This document shows positions 49,219 through 59,286 of a stretch of 64,000 nt of DNA, piece after piece. The translations under genes were made by a program, and so were the position numbers. The notes under the pieces are model-generated. The model saw only the letters and a list, made by a program, of their open reading frames with translations, ran no database searches and was not told the origin of the DNA. Position 1 is the stretch's first letter, and each line of letters opens with the position of its first letter. Location of the stretch: the NCBI GenBank assembly GCA_965219995.1, contig CBDCOX010000002.1, positions 1,472,001 through 1,536,000 on the forward strand, in the 5' to 3' direction. Source of the DNA: Candidatus Latescibacterota bacterium (GTDB lineage Bacteria; Latescibacterota; UBA2968; GCA-2709665).

Positions 49219-49507
49219 AGGATCTCCCTTACTGTATACGTTGTATACATCTATCTGCCGGCGACGCCATCCGATTGAAGGGCGTTAACCAGATCGTGAA
49301 ATGTATCGTAGATCTCACAGTCCGCACCGGCAAATCGAAACCTGTCCTGGTGCCCTTGCAAAACGACAAGCGGACGGCATCCCACGAAACATACATCCGC
49401 TCATTGAACACAATCCCCGCCAGCCAACCGCTCCAACGGGGATTCACGTGTATAAGACTTCGATTGTATTTTGCCGATTAAATGGTCATTAACCACTTCT
49501 TCAGGTG

Positions 49508-49747
49508 TCAGTCGTCATCAACATCTTTGTGAAGTGGTCGTCTGTTTTCCTTCGTGACCCGAATCAGGAATCGCAATGCTTCATTCACGGAGTTAGCGTC
49601 GGGAAACACTTTGGCAACATCAGGTTCCAGCTGAACGGCAAATTTACCGAAACTCTTTCGTCCAGGACCCACTTTCCTCACCGTCAGGCTTTTCAAGTCA
49701 TACTCAGCCCGCATTTCGTCCTGCAATGTCGCCTCAATCTTCTTCAT
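49508..49747 (-). CDS. BrnA-like antitoxin
   Basis: DEMRAEYDL, V.LEPDVAKVFPDANSVNEALRFLI. Confidence 0.85.
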   Translation of the reverse strand: MKKIEATLQDEMRAEYDLKSLTVRKVGPGRKSFGKFAVQLEPDVAKVFPDANSVNEALRFLIRVTKENRRPLHKDVDDD

Positions 49748-50012
49748 AATCTCGTCGCTCCCTACGGGTTGCTTCTCTTGCACCAATCAGACGAATAACG
49801 TCGCCACGCTCGGTGTACGATACGATCAACAAGCGGCCTTGAGTTGACTGCCCAACCATGATAAATCGTTGCTCGTTGTAAGAATGGTCCGGGTCGTAGA
49901 AATCAACATGGAGCGGATCCTCGAAAACGGATTTCGCCTCATCAAATGCCACACCATGTTTTGATAAGTTAGCCGCTGCTTTTTCTTCGTTCCACTCGTA
50001 TTCCGTTGACAT
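49734..50012 (-). CDS. brnT: BrnT (DUF497) toxin
   Basis: EWNEEKA..NL.KHGV.FDEA..VF.DP, IRLIGAREAT..ER..YE. Confidence 0.92.
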   Translation of the reverse strand: MSTEYEWNEEKAAANLSKHGVAFDEAKSVFEDPLHVDFYDPDHSYNEQRFIMVGQSTQGRLLIVSYTERGDVIRLIGAREATRRERRDYEED

Positions 50013-50172
50013 CGGACCCTTGCCAAGCACGGCGCCTGATCATTTAAACACTCTGTACAATATAGACGTGAATACTGGTAGCTGCAAGGTCGATTTTCGA
50101 AGATTCCTAAATTCGGCCCGGCGAGAAATGTCTGGGTCCTGTGTTATATAGTCGGGATGCCTTCATCCGGCG

Positions 50173-51483
50173 TCAGCTGCCTTTCGTTCTTTCATTGCGT
50201 TCAATCGCGCCTCTGATTACTTCGATCACCTTCTTCAGGATTTGATCTTCAGAATCCCCGCAGCCTGCTTTCAACGGATTGATAAACACGGATGGGATAT
50301 ACGCGCTTCTGGACGATCCGACGAATTCCCGCGATGCCGGGTCTCCCTTCAGCGTGCCGTTGAAGACCTTCTGTTTGGTACATTGGAACCCGATTCCGGT
50401 ATGGGGCATCCGCATCGTATAGGCGGAACCCTCCAGCCCGGCCATTCTCGTTCCCACAACCGTTGCTCTGCCCAAAGCATCCAGGCTGATTGCCAACCCC
50501 TCCCCGGCGCTTCCCGTCCACCGGTTCACCAGGATGACGACCGGTTGTCTATACTGCGACTCGCCCCCAGGTTCGACCCGGCTAAGAAACGGCTCACCGT
50601 TTCGAGGCACGGTTCGCTGGTACACGCATTCCCGGTCGATCAGACGTCCGATGATTCCCTCAACGATCCCCGTATTGCCGCCGCCGACGCTGCGCAGATC
50701 GAGGATCAATCCTCCGGTGTCGCGCAATGCGTCCAGCGCGGCGTCGAAAAGCTCCAGGAGTCGACGGTCCGCCAGGTCGCCGTTGATGGTCACGTAGCCG
50801 ATGCGGGGTTCGATGGTACGGAATTCGAGCCTCGTCCGGTGTTGTGAATCGGATGCGGCATCGAACGCTTCGGGCGGGATGGAGACACGCTTCGTCTCGC
50901 CCTGGTATCTGACTCCGATCGTCCTCGTCTGATCCCGATATCCCGAGAGCACCTTTCTCAGCGTCCAGCCCTTTATTTCGCCATCGACCCGGGCGAATGA
51001 CCCGCCCATCCTCTCTTGGACAGCGTCTTCGATCGACATGCCGTCAAAGCGAAGTATCTCCATCCCCGCACACATACCCGCGGCTTGCGCGGGATAGCCC
51101 GGTCTGACGCCTGTGATGATCGCCTTCCCGTTCTTCCATTCGGCCCATATGTCCGTCCGCGACGGGACGATGTTCGGAGAAGATGCCGTATGCGTGTTCA
51201 GATGGACGTGGTCGTCGTACAGCTCCTCCAGGACCGTCTCCATCAACGCGACAAATTCCGATGTCGTAGTAACCGACCGGACCTTCGGCCTGTAGATCGT
51301 CCTGACCCGTTCCCAGTCCGTCTGCTTCTCGTCGAAATACGCGTAGTCCGTCCTGAACGTCTCCCAGAGAAAATCGAAGTCTTCTTCATATTGCTCCACG
51401 GTCAAATCGTTCTGTGCAAACGCGATGGAACAGCTGAGGAAATTGAACGTCACGACCGCGCAGAAGACGAACACAAAGAGCAT
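50173..51483 (-). CDS. S41-family peptidase with PDZ domain
   Basis: Signal peptide; L.DDHV, ILDLRS.GGG, TGSAGE, VVGTRMAG. Confidence 0.85.
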   Translation of the reverse strand: MLFVFVFCAVVTFNFLSCSIAFAQNDLTVEQYEEDFDFLWETFRTDYAYFDEKQTDWERVRTIYRPKVRSVTTTSEFVALMETVLEELYDDHVHLNTHTASSPNIVPSRTDIWAEWKNGKAIITGVRPGYPAQAAGMCAGMEILRFDGMSIEDAVQERMGGSFARVDGEIKGWTLRKVLSGYRDQTRTIGVRYQGETKRVSIPPEAFDAASDSQHRTRLEFRTIEPRIGYVTINGDLADRRLLELFDAALDALRDTGGLILDLRSVGGGNTGIVEGIIGRLIDRECVYQRTVPRNGEPFLSRVEPGGESQYRQPVVILVNRWTGSAGEGLAISLDALGRATVVGTRMAGLEGSAYTMRMPHTGIGFQCTKQKVFNGTLKGDPASREFVGSSRSAYIPSVFINPLKAGCGDSEDQILKKVIEVIRGAIERNERTKGS

Positions 51484-51515
51484 CGGATGCAGCCTTTTTA
51501 GCAGGATCCCATGCG

Positions 51516-52259
51516 TTAAAGTACGGAAAAAATAGCGTCGGGCAATTCGGACAGCGAGCCAATTGTGAGGTCGAATCGATCCGATCGACTTCCCCCGATC
51601 TTGACTGTCTTTGCGCCAAGCTTCCTGGCGGCCAGAAGTGGGAGCTCGTTATCGTCCACGACAACCGACGCGTCAGGTCGGGCCCCGACTTCCCTAAAAA
51701 TCCGCGAGTGGAAAGCGCTGTGCCCCTTTTGAAAGCCGACCAGATCAGACCCGTATGGCGTGCCTATCCGTTCACGGACACCCATGCGCGCCAGCACGGT
51801 TTCGATCACCCAGGATGGATTGCCGGATGCCGTATGGATTTCGAAATCGACAGCCAGAGACCTGATGGCTGCCGCGGATCCCGGAAAAACCGCATTGGTA
51901 TTCAGATACACGTGGTTGAATGCGCGTTCGGCGGCGTCTACACGCTCCTCGAATGTGCCTGGCGCCTTTACGCCCACTTCGTCGCACAACTGCCGGACCC
52001 ACTCCGCGTGGAGGCGGTCCCACCACCGGGACAGATTTAATTTCCGCAATCCCGGTGCCTCCCTGTACTCTTCGCTCCCACGACTCCAGACCTTCATCCA
52101 TATTCTGTCCTGATGTTCAGCCCAGACATTGGCGTCTCCACCGAGCAATTCGCTTAAGCGGGTTCCCGCCAACCTGCTGCTCTCTGATTCCCACAACGCG
52201 TTATCGAGAATCACACCGTCAAGATCCAGAAACAAGAACCTTCGTTCGCCGCCCATCAC
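51516..52259 (-). CDS. HAD-superfamily hydrolase
   Basis: FLDLDGVI, ASG, K and VVDD motifs. Confidence 0.85.
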   Translation of the reverse strand: MMGGERRFLFLDLDGVILDNALWESESSRLAGTRLSELLGGDANVWAEHQDRIWMKVWSRGSEEYREAPGLRKLNLSRWWDRLHAEWVRQLCDEVGVKAPGTFEERVDAAERAFNHVYLNTNAVFPGSAAAIRSLAVDFEIHTASGNPSWVIETVLARMGVRERIGTPYGSDLVGFQKGHSAFHSRIFREVGARPDASVVVDDNELPLLAARKLGAKTVKIGGSRSDRFDLTIGSLSELPDAIFSVL

Positions 52260-52291
52260 ATTTCTCGCTTTAGAAAGGCTTCAGCCCGCCA

Positions 52292-52813
52292 TCAAGTCTG
52301 GTAGGAATAGACGACACCGGCGTCAGTGAGGATCCCGGATAACTCGGTTACCGACCGTACCCAGATGAGTTGCAGGCGCCATCGTCGGATGATCTCAGGC
52401 ATCGCATACGATTCCGAGCCGATGGCTTCGACGGGTTGTCTGGAGACATATTCGTTACTGGGAACCTTGAAGAAGTGGCGTTCTTCGAATACATACACGT
52501 TGGCCTGAAACTCCATGATCTGCGTCTGATCTTCACTATTCACGAAAATGAAACAGCTCTTGCACGGATCGGTCTCATACCCCAGGGAATCAAGCTTGCG
52601 CCTGGAGCATTCAGAGTTCCTGACTCTTATTCGATGAATCCCGGGAAACAGGTGAATGGATATCTCGTCGAAATCGCCAACATAGAGCAAGCGATCCGGG
52701 ATATAGCCTGGTTTGGGCCTCCGGGTGCTGCTGCTGAAATCGCGGGTCCGGTAGAATCTCGTCGGGTGAAACACGTTGCTATCCCGGCGAGGTGTCACTT
52801 TATATAAGAGCAA
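52292..52813 (-). CDS. Hypothetical protein
   Basis: Co-oriented ORF that fills the gap; no recognised motif. Confidence 0.55.
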   Translation of the reverse strand: MLLYKVTPRRDSNVFHPTRFYRTRDFSSSTRRPKPGYIPDRLLYVGDFDEISIHLFPGIHRIRVRNSECSRRKLDSLGYETDPCKSCFIFVNSEDQTQIMEFQANVYVFEERHFFKVPSNEYVSRQPVEAIGSESYAMPEIIRRWRLQLIWVRSVTELSGILTDAGVVYSYQT

Positions 52814-52979
52814 ATTTGCGACTCCTCGCTTGCGAGAGAATCACACCCAGGACGCAATCTCCCATCCGGAGGGAGAGTCCGAAATCATCACGAATTCGAA
52901 AGCGCCTCCAGTGAATGAATTCAGAACGCGCGGTCGGGAGTGAGATTTGTTCAATATTCAATGGGAGCGGCGAGACGGG

Positions 52980-53525
52980 TTAGTTCAAAAGCACTGTGCC
53001 CGGCACCCGAAGAATCTCGCACGTTTCGAACGCGCCTTCCTCGAATCTCAACCTGATCCCTTCACAGTAATTGCACGAAGGCCCCCACCGCTCGTGATCC
53101 GCGTCGGGCAGACAGCCGACCGCGCTGGCTTCGATAAACCCGCCGTGCGAGATAAACAGCGCCTGGCCGCCGTCCGGGAGCGACCTGGCGACGTTGAGGT
53201 GGAAATCAGCTAGCGTCTTGGCGAAGTTCGCGACGGCGCCGGCCGGATGTTGACGGATATATGAGGAAAATCCGCCGAATCCTACGTCGAAGGAGATCTC
53301 CGCGTCGGTCGGCATGGATGCGAGAAGTTCAACCTGGCGGTCGACCGCAAACCCCATCGCGATCGCCGTTTCGAATGCGCGAGGGACCGGACTGGTATAG
53401 ACCCTTTCGAACGCCGGCATTCCTTCCCCGACGCGCCTGGCGAGGTCAACGCCCGCCTGCGAGAGATGTTGTCCGGGCTTTGTCCTCATCGTGTGTCGTC
53501 GATGTTCGATGAATCTGGCGGCCAT
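52980..53525 (-). CDS. Histidine phosphatase family protein
   Basis: RRHT, TSPVPRAFETA, ISHGG. Confidence 0.8.
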   Translation of the reverse strand: MAARFIEHRRHTMRTKPGQHLSQAGVDLARRVGEGMPAFERVYTSPVPRAFETAIAMGFAVDRQVELLASMPTDAEISFDVGFGGFSSYIRQHPAGAVANFAKTLADFHLNVARSLPDGGQALFISHGGFIEASAVGCLPDADHERWGPSCNYCEGIRLRFEEGAFETCEILRVPGTVLLN

Positions 53526-53562
53526 TCGTTCATCCCCCAACAGGATTATGGAGTTAGCGTGT

Positions 53563-54432
53563 TCAGCCTGCCTTGCGGAAGAACGCCATCAGATCCAGGC
53601 GCACCCGCTCGCTTCCGTGAACGACGCTGTGAGGTTCTTCCGGATACACGCGGAATTCGGCGCCAGGAATCTTCGATGCCAGGTCCTCGCCCCATTCCAC
53701 CGGCACTTCCCGGTCCCTGGCGCCGTGGACCACAAGGGTGGGCGCTTTTATCCGTCGGCATTCGTCAGTCAGGTCCCTATCGAGATACGCGTCAATCGCA
53801 CGCAACTGAATCCCGTACCATTCGACACGTTTCTGCACGCTGGACCTCGCGGCGAGCTCTTCCACTCGCTCTTCGTAGTCCGCCAGCGTTCCCCGCTCTT
53901 CCATCTCATCCCGTTCCCACAGCACATCCAGGGACAACTCGACACCTTCCGGCCGGTTGTTCCACGCCGCACCAGCGCCCTCTCTGTCAAGGATTTCCAA
54001 CTGTCCTCGTACAAGGCGGGTCACCGGATCGTCATCCGGCCAGAGACGCGCGGCCGTACCGGCCAGCGCAAGTGTTCTGACACGCTCCGGATATCGCACA
54101 GCAAACAGAATTGCAATCGGACCCCCCGCGGAGGAACCGATCACGTGCGCCTTTTCCTCCGAAAGGTGGTCGAGCAATGCGACCAGGTCGCGCACCTGAT
54201 TTTCCAGGTCGTAGCCCGAATCCGGACGCGACGACAGCCAGCAGCCCCGGCGATCGTACATCACATACCGGAATTCAGACGCGAAGTCCATTTCCCATCC
54301 CCATGCACCGGTCGCATCCGCGCGGAGATGCATATCCAGCGAAGGAAATCCCCCGTGGACAAACGCGATGACATCGCCCTCGCCGCGCACGTCGTAGAAC
54401 ATCCTGAAACCGTTTATGGTCGCATATGGCAT
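53563..54432 (-). CDS. Alpha/beta hydrolase
   Basis: FVHGG, YDRRG, GSSAGG nucleophile elbow, HGARD, H. Confidence 0.88.
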   Translation of the reverse strand: MPYATINGFRMFYDVRGEGDVIAFVHGGFPSLDMHLRADATGAWGWEMDFASEFRYVMYDRRGCWLSSRPDSGYDLENQVRDLVALLDHLSEEKAHVIGSSAGGPIAILFAVRYPERVRTLALAGTAARLWPDDDPVTRLVRGQLEILDREGAGAAWNNRPEGVELSLDVLWERDEMEERGTLADYEERVEELAARSSVQKRVEWYGIQLRAIDAYLDRDLTDECRRIKAPTLVVHGARDREVPVEWGEDLASKIPGAEFRVYPEEPHSVVHGSERVRLDLMAFFRKAG

Positions 54433-54530
54433 CGGCGTATCCTGGTGAGACCTCTACGCTCTTCCTGCTTTCAGGGTCTCGATTATCTGCTGGTCTGTCT
54501 CGTATGCCAGGTCCGCCTAAACAAGCATGC

Positions 54531-54636
54531 CGAAGCGTGGTCATTGAGCTTGTCGAAATGCCAACGCTTCGCGACCCGTCGGCAGCACTTCGCCGACCCT
54601 TCGATCCTTCGACAGGCTCAGGGAGCGACTCAGGGA
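54531..54636. repeat. Nested GAGCTTGTCGAA / CTTCGACAGGCTCAGG REP-like cluster
   Basis: Both orientations present; one unit inserted within another. Confidence 0.7.
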
Positions 54637-54680
54637 AAGGCGCTCGAGCGACATGTTCTGGGCACAATTGGAAACCCTGG

Positions 54681-55580
54681 CTAACATTCCCCGGTGTTGG
54701 TTCCCAAAAATATCCTTGGTGCATCCCGTGGCAGCTCGCAGACATGCACCAGGAAGGCCATCGCTCGTTCGGCGTTTTTCGCCGGAAACCGGAATCGATA
54801 GTGATTTCCGACGACCCTCGCGGCCCGTGTGAACAACCTTTGGATCGCGAACAGCGACTCCCGAATATCGTCGTAGTCGGATCCAGCGTATGTGCGCTCG
54901 AACTCCCGCCAGTCCTCGGACTCGAGGTGCTTCTCCAGGTCCCTGCCTTCGCTTCCCAGCGAACTCTCAAACCCCTTCGTTACGCCAATGTACCAACCGA
55001 GCATCAGGACGAGATCCTGCCGCAGGCGTTCGACGTGACACTTCAACAGTGGAAGCTTTCGTCGCCACAGAGTCTTCGGAATATGCGAGCCGAGGGTGAA
55101 GCAGAACGTGTTACAGCAATCGTCGTACAGCTTCTGTGTCGGTTCCGTGATGGAATGGCTTCGTTCACTGGGATTCGGGAGATCGGGGATGAGACCGTCC
55201 TTGTCCAGCAGGACCCGGGTCAGGCTGTCAAAAGGGCGCTTCTCCAGCATTTCGACAGGGAAAAATGCCATATCGATGCGATTGCCGTCGGTAAACTGGA
55301 CGTTGTATGTATAGCGACCGTCTCGTAGCCCGGGTCGGTAGACCTGATCCTCTACTTTCTCTACCAGCAACGGTACTCCAAAGTACGGAACGACGCGACT
55401 TTCTTCTCTGAAGGGTTCGACGTCGGTGACGAAGATTGAAATATCGTAATCCTGTAAGATGTCCCTCTCGGCGTTCGGGTTGGCACGAGACCCATTCATC
55501 ACAACCGCGCGAATGCGGTCATCGGACCGGGCGAATTCGAGGACCAGCGACAACACTTCCTCTTCGGTTTGCGTCCTCAA
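54681..55580 (-). CDS. Aminoglycoside 6-adenylyltransferase family (AadE/AadK-like)
   Basis: D.RIRAVVMNGSRANP, QDYDI, DGNRID, VLLDKDG; TTG start after GAGG. Confidence 0.88.
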   Translation of the reverse strand: MRTQTEEEVLSLVLEFARSDDRIRAVVMNGSRANPNAERDILQDYDISIFVTDVEPFREESRVVPYFGVPLLVEKVEDQVYRPGLRDGRYTYNVQFTDGNRIDMAFFPVEMLEKRPFDSLTRVLLDKDGLIPDLPNPSERSHSITEPTQKLYDDCCNTFCFTLGSHIPKTLWRRKLPLLKCHVERLRQDLVLMLGWYIGVTKGFESSLGSEGRDLEKHLESEDWREFERTYAGSDYDDIRESLFAIQRLFTRAARVVGNHYRFRFPAKNAERAMAFLVHVCELPRDAPRIFLGTNTGEC

Positions 55581-55791
55581 GTGATCCTCTTCACATCTCA
55601 AAACTGAGACTATCCGGCGCAGAATTCTGTACCAACCATCGTCAGTCCAGTAACAGTGGACAGACAGAATCCCGCTGGCGGTACTGGAAGTCCAACGGAT
55701 TGTCTCACATTGAAATTGCCAAGACATCTTTTCGACCTAGATCCCGTGGGATGGAGAAGCACAATTGCGCACAAAATCGGGTTCTACGCAC

Positions 55792-56700
55792 TTATCCCGT
55801 CCCCACAAGAACGAGCCCTACGAATAACACGGCGACGCCGATGTACTTAAGAACATATGCCGGTTCTTTAAGAATGAGTATACCCAAAACTGTCCCCATG
55901 GGAACGCTAATCTGCCGAAATGCAACGACATAGCTTACGTTTGAGACAAAGGCGAGACTGATAAGGACCAGAGTATAAGTGGCAAACATGCCGGCCCCTG
56001 CCAGTAGGGCTCGGGATGCCCGCGTTTCCAGAATTTCCCGTACAACCTTGCGACCACGGTGTCGAAATAGAACCCACATCCCCAGCCAGAGAGAGGTCGT
56101 AAGGCCCTCGAAAAATGCGTATAACATCGCGGCCTGCCACGCTGCAATGGGGAGGACGGAAGGTTCTCTCAGGCGTCGTAAAGCTTCGTCATCGATGATC
56201 GTATAGCCCGCCGTTGCGAAGGCGGCCGACAATGCAAACAATACAGATGAATTCAGGTAATTGCCAATTCGAAAATCGCCAAAGCTCTTCATGGGCAGTA
56301 CAAACATCCCAACCACTACCAGCACAATCCCACAGATGCATTGTGCGCTGACTTGGTCCGATCGCTTTAGGAGAATTGTGACAATTATGACCACGATGAT
56401 TGGAGAGGACCGCGCGATGGGATAGAGTATGGAAAGGTCTCCCCGACGGTAGGCGTTGGCCAATGCGAGCATATAGAGGGCCTGAACAAAACCTGTTGCG
56501 GCAAGCAGCAGCCATACTGAGGTAGGGAACACTGGAATTGCGGAACCGAATGGAATAAGTGTAGGCATCAAACACAGAAAACCAAACGTGTTGGCCAACA
56601 GAAAGAAAGCAGCGGACGGATGTTCCCGCTTGCCCAGCAAGTTCCAGCCTACGTGAGTTAAGGCCGAGATGAGAATCAGGATGACGGCGGTGAGGGTCAA
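55792..56700 (-). CDS. EamA/DMT transporter
   Basis: SA..H..WNLL.K, AYRRGDLS..YPIARSSP, AFRQ.SV; lower GC. Confidence 0.88.
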   Translation of the reverse strand: MTLTAVILILISALTHVGWNLLGKREHPSAAFFLLANTFGFLCLMPTLIPFGSAIPVFPTSVWLLLAATGFVQALYMLALANAYRRGDLSILYPIARSSPIIVVIIVTILLKRSDQVSAQCICGIVLVVVGMFVLPMKSFGDFRIGNYLNSSVLFALSAAFATAGYTIIDDEALRRLREPSVLPIAAWQAAMLYAFFEGLTTSLWLGMWVLFRHRGRKVVREILETRASRALLAGAGMFATYTLVLISLAFVSNVSYVVAFRQISVPMGTVLGILILKEPAYVLKYIGVAVLFVGLVLVGTG

Positions 56701-57010
56701 GGCTATATTTCTCAGATTCTACGGGGGTGTCTTCGTGGAGAATACCCTCATTTGGCAGATAGACTCGACGGCTACCGAATTTTACACTGACAAACAAATA
56801 CCCCTACGTGTCAATCTTATAGTATGACAATTCCTCTTTGAAAATAGAGAACAACGGAGAGTGCGAACGGGTATAGAACGATGTTTGATGTATCAGGTCG
56901 CGCAAAGGCCTCCAATAGAGCCTTGGTTCCTTTCACGATGGAACTCCTGCAACCCTCAAAACGGATCAAATCCGGTCTGCCGCCTGGACATGATTGGATG
57001 CAACTCCGGG

Positions 57011-58110
57011 TTACAATGCGATGGCATCGGATACGAACTGGCTGAAAGTATCCCGCAAGGCGTGCTGTGAGTCCGGCAGTTCAGGCCGCCACTGACGGGC
57101 GGCCATCCAACCCTGGGCGATTCTCGTTGCGGCAATCAGGTCGGGACCCTCGAGGCTCGCGAGTCCGGCTGACTGGCGCTTGACGGCCATTCTCCGGACG
57201 AGGTCCCGGTGGCCCGGGCGATTCCCGTCTCCTGAATTCAGGACCTGGAGGTACGCCGGATCCAGAATCCACGGTCGACGAATCGGGTGGACGTCAATCA
57301 GGACAGCGCGGTCACCACCGGGAGGCGGCTCTCTCATCAAACCGTTGCACATGTGGAAATCATCGAAGCAGGTTTCCGATCCGCATTTCTCGAAAACGAA
57401 ATCCCAGTGGTCTTCGACACTCGATAGAAGCACGTCGACGGGTCCGGGACATTGCCGCCGGATTGCGCCCTCCAGCCAGCCTGAGACTTCCGCTTGCGTC
57501 GTGACACCCAGCGCCGGATCGTCGATCAGATTCGCATGCTGATAGAAGCGAACCCCGGCGTCGAGTGTTCTGTCCCAGAAATAAGTTGCCTAAATTCGGC
57601 CGCAGAGTCGCCCGGCTCGCAAGGCGCCGGAGCGCAGGCGACCTGGCACGGTCGGCGAGCGATGGCAACGCCGCGAGGCGGGATGAATCTGCGGAAGAAT
57701 GGTGAGGTATTTCTGTGACAGGACACTTGCATCAGTTCGAACTCCCTGCCGTTCCAGGAATTGCCCAGGGGTCCGTACGGAATGGCTTCCAATGCGATCC
57801 AGTGGACGTCGATGTCCCCCAGGCGGGAACCCGCGGGATAGACCGCCGGTGTAAGATCGGGCGCCAGGCGATGGAGTTCCCGGCACCAGAAGTTCTCACG
57901 CGCGCCTGTGCCGACCTTGACAATCACGACAAGACCCGTTTCCCGGTGCAGACCCCGGAGATGGACCGCGATCAGCCCGTATTCCTGGACGAAAAGCTCG
58001 ACATCGCGGGCGATCGAAGTAATCGCTTCCGTCCGGTTCACGGCATCGAGAATCGTACATAAGACCTCGTCCTCGCGCGAGACCCGTCCGTTACGATCGA
58101 AGATCCGCAC
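57011..58110 (-). pseudogene. APH-like phosphotransferase frameshifted by a MITE insertion
   Basis: Removing 57565-57728 (164 nt) restores ...REFELM-LDAGVRFYQ..., leading to DDFHMCN and LIDV. Confidence 0.75.
57564..57727. mobile_element. MITE-like palindromic element, copy 1
   Basis: Terminal inverted repeats AGTGT(T/C)CTGTC(C/A)CAGAAATA; homologous to 63497-63659. Confidence 0.85.
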
Positions 58111-58143
58111 TGTGTTGCTCCTCTCCGGTCGTGCGCGTGTCGA

Positions 58144-59235
58144 TCAGAAATGGTCCGGCGCCCAGAAGATGACCTCGCGGCGGGGGAACCACTCGTCGAG
58201 TTGGCGGGCTTCTTCGGTCGACAGCGAGATGCCGCGGGCGCGGATAATCGGCGCCAGATCGCTGCCGGAGGCCTCGCCGAAGAGAAGCCGGCACATCAGA
58301 TCGGCCGGAAGCCTGCGGGACAGCGGCGTCGCTTCCGGTGCGGCCGTGTCGACCAGCGAACCGAGATCGCAAGGCAGCACCATCATCGAGTTGTCGCCCG
58401 TGATTTCCAGGTCGGCGTTAGCCGCAACGACCAGTGCGTCGACAAAAGGGTGGCTGTGCGGGATCGCTCCGCTTATTCGCGTCACGCCGGCCTCCGCGCA
58501 CGCGTCAAGCGCGCACTGCACAAGAGCATCCAGGGCCAGGGAGTTTTCGTTGGCGACCTCATGCACCACGGCGCCGTAATCGTCCGCTACCCAGTTGATG
58601 TATCCGCCCAGTCCCGCCGGGCCGCGGACCACGGTCGTGGGCAGCACACCGCGCACGCGAGACGGCGCATAGTCCCAGTACGGACGCGGACGCGACAGGC
58701 TGCCGCTGCGACCGGCGTTGTAGCGCTGATAGAGCGCGACCGTCTCCTCGAGATCACGCGTCTCGTCGAAGGGTAGCATTTCCAGGGCGGACCGACTCGC
58801 CGTTGGGACGCCGCGCAACTCGGCCCGAAAACCCGTCAGCGGCACGCAGCACCAGCCGAGACGCAGGTAGAAGCGTGCCGGGATCGCGGAGAACAGCAGG
58901 CCCAGATCGTAGCCATCGTCGCGCATGTACTCTACGGCGTGCTCCATCAACCGCGTCGCGATGCCACGTTCCCGAAAGTCGGGATGGGTTGTGACGCCGC
59001 CAATGCCGCCCATCCGGACGGGTGTGGCGCCGAGGTGAACCCGGCGGTCCCAGATCCGCAGCGTCGAGACAATCCGGCCTCCGACAACGACAACCGGCGT
59101 GTGCGACGGACACCAGGTCGGATCGCCTTGGATGTAGCCCGTGTAGCGCTCCCGGCCCGCGGGATTGTGCACCGCACAGAGCAGGTCCAGGAGTTCGTCG
59201 AGCTCCGACTCGTGGATGGGGCGAATGGTTTCCAT
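58144..59235 (-). CDS. GNAT acetyltransferase (Eis-like)
   Basis: GGIGGVTTHPDFRERGIA, FYLRLGW, plus a second degenerate GNAT domain. Confidence 0.85.
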   Translation of the reverse strand: METIRPIHESELDELLDLLCAVHNPAGRERYTGYIQGDPTWCPSHTPVVVVGGRIVSTLRIWDRRVHLGATPVRMGGIGGVTTHPDFRERGIATRLMEHAVEYMRDDGYDLGLLFSAIPARFYLRLGWCCVPLTGFRAELRGVPTASRSALEMLPFDETRDLEETVALYQRYNAGRSGSLSRPRPYWDYAPSRVRGVLPTTVVRGPAGLGGYINWVADDYGAVVHEVANENSLALDALVQCALDACAEAGVTRISGAIPHSHPFVDALVVAANADLEITGDNSMMVLPCDLGSLVDTAAPEATPLSRRLPADLMCRLLFGEASGSDLAPIIRARGISLSTEEARQLDEWFPRREVIFWAPDHF

Positions 59236-59286
59236 GGGAACTGTGATCGAAATGTCGGAGAAATTCAGCTGCGGGGCGGGTTGCCG

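Noticed and set aside
54681-55580. Recently acquired clinical streptomycin-resistance gene
   Set aside because: Looks like a divergent family member with host-like composition and no IS or integron context; substrate unproven.
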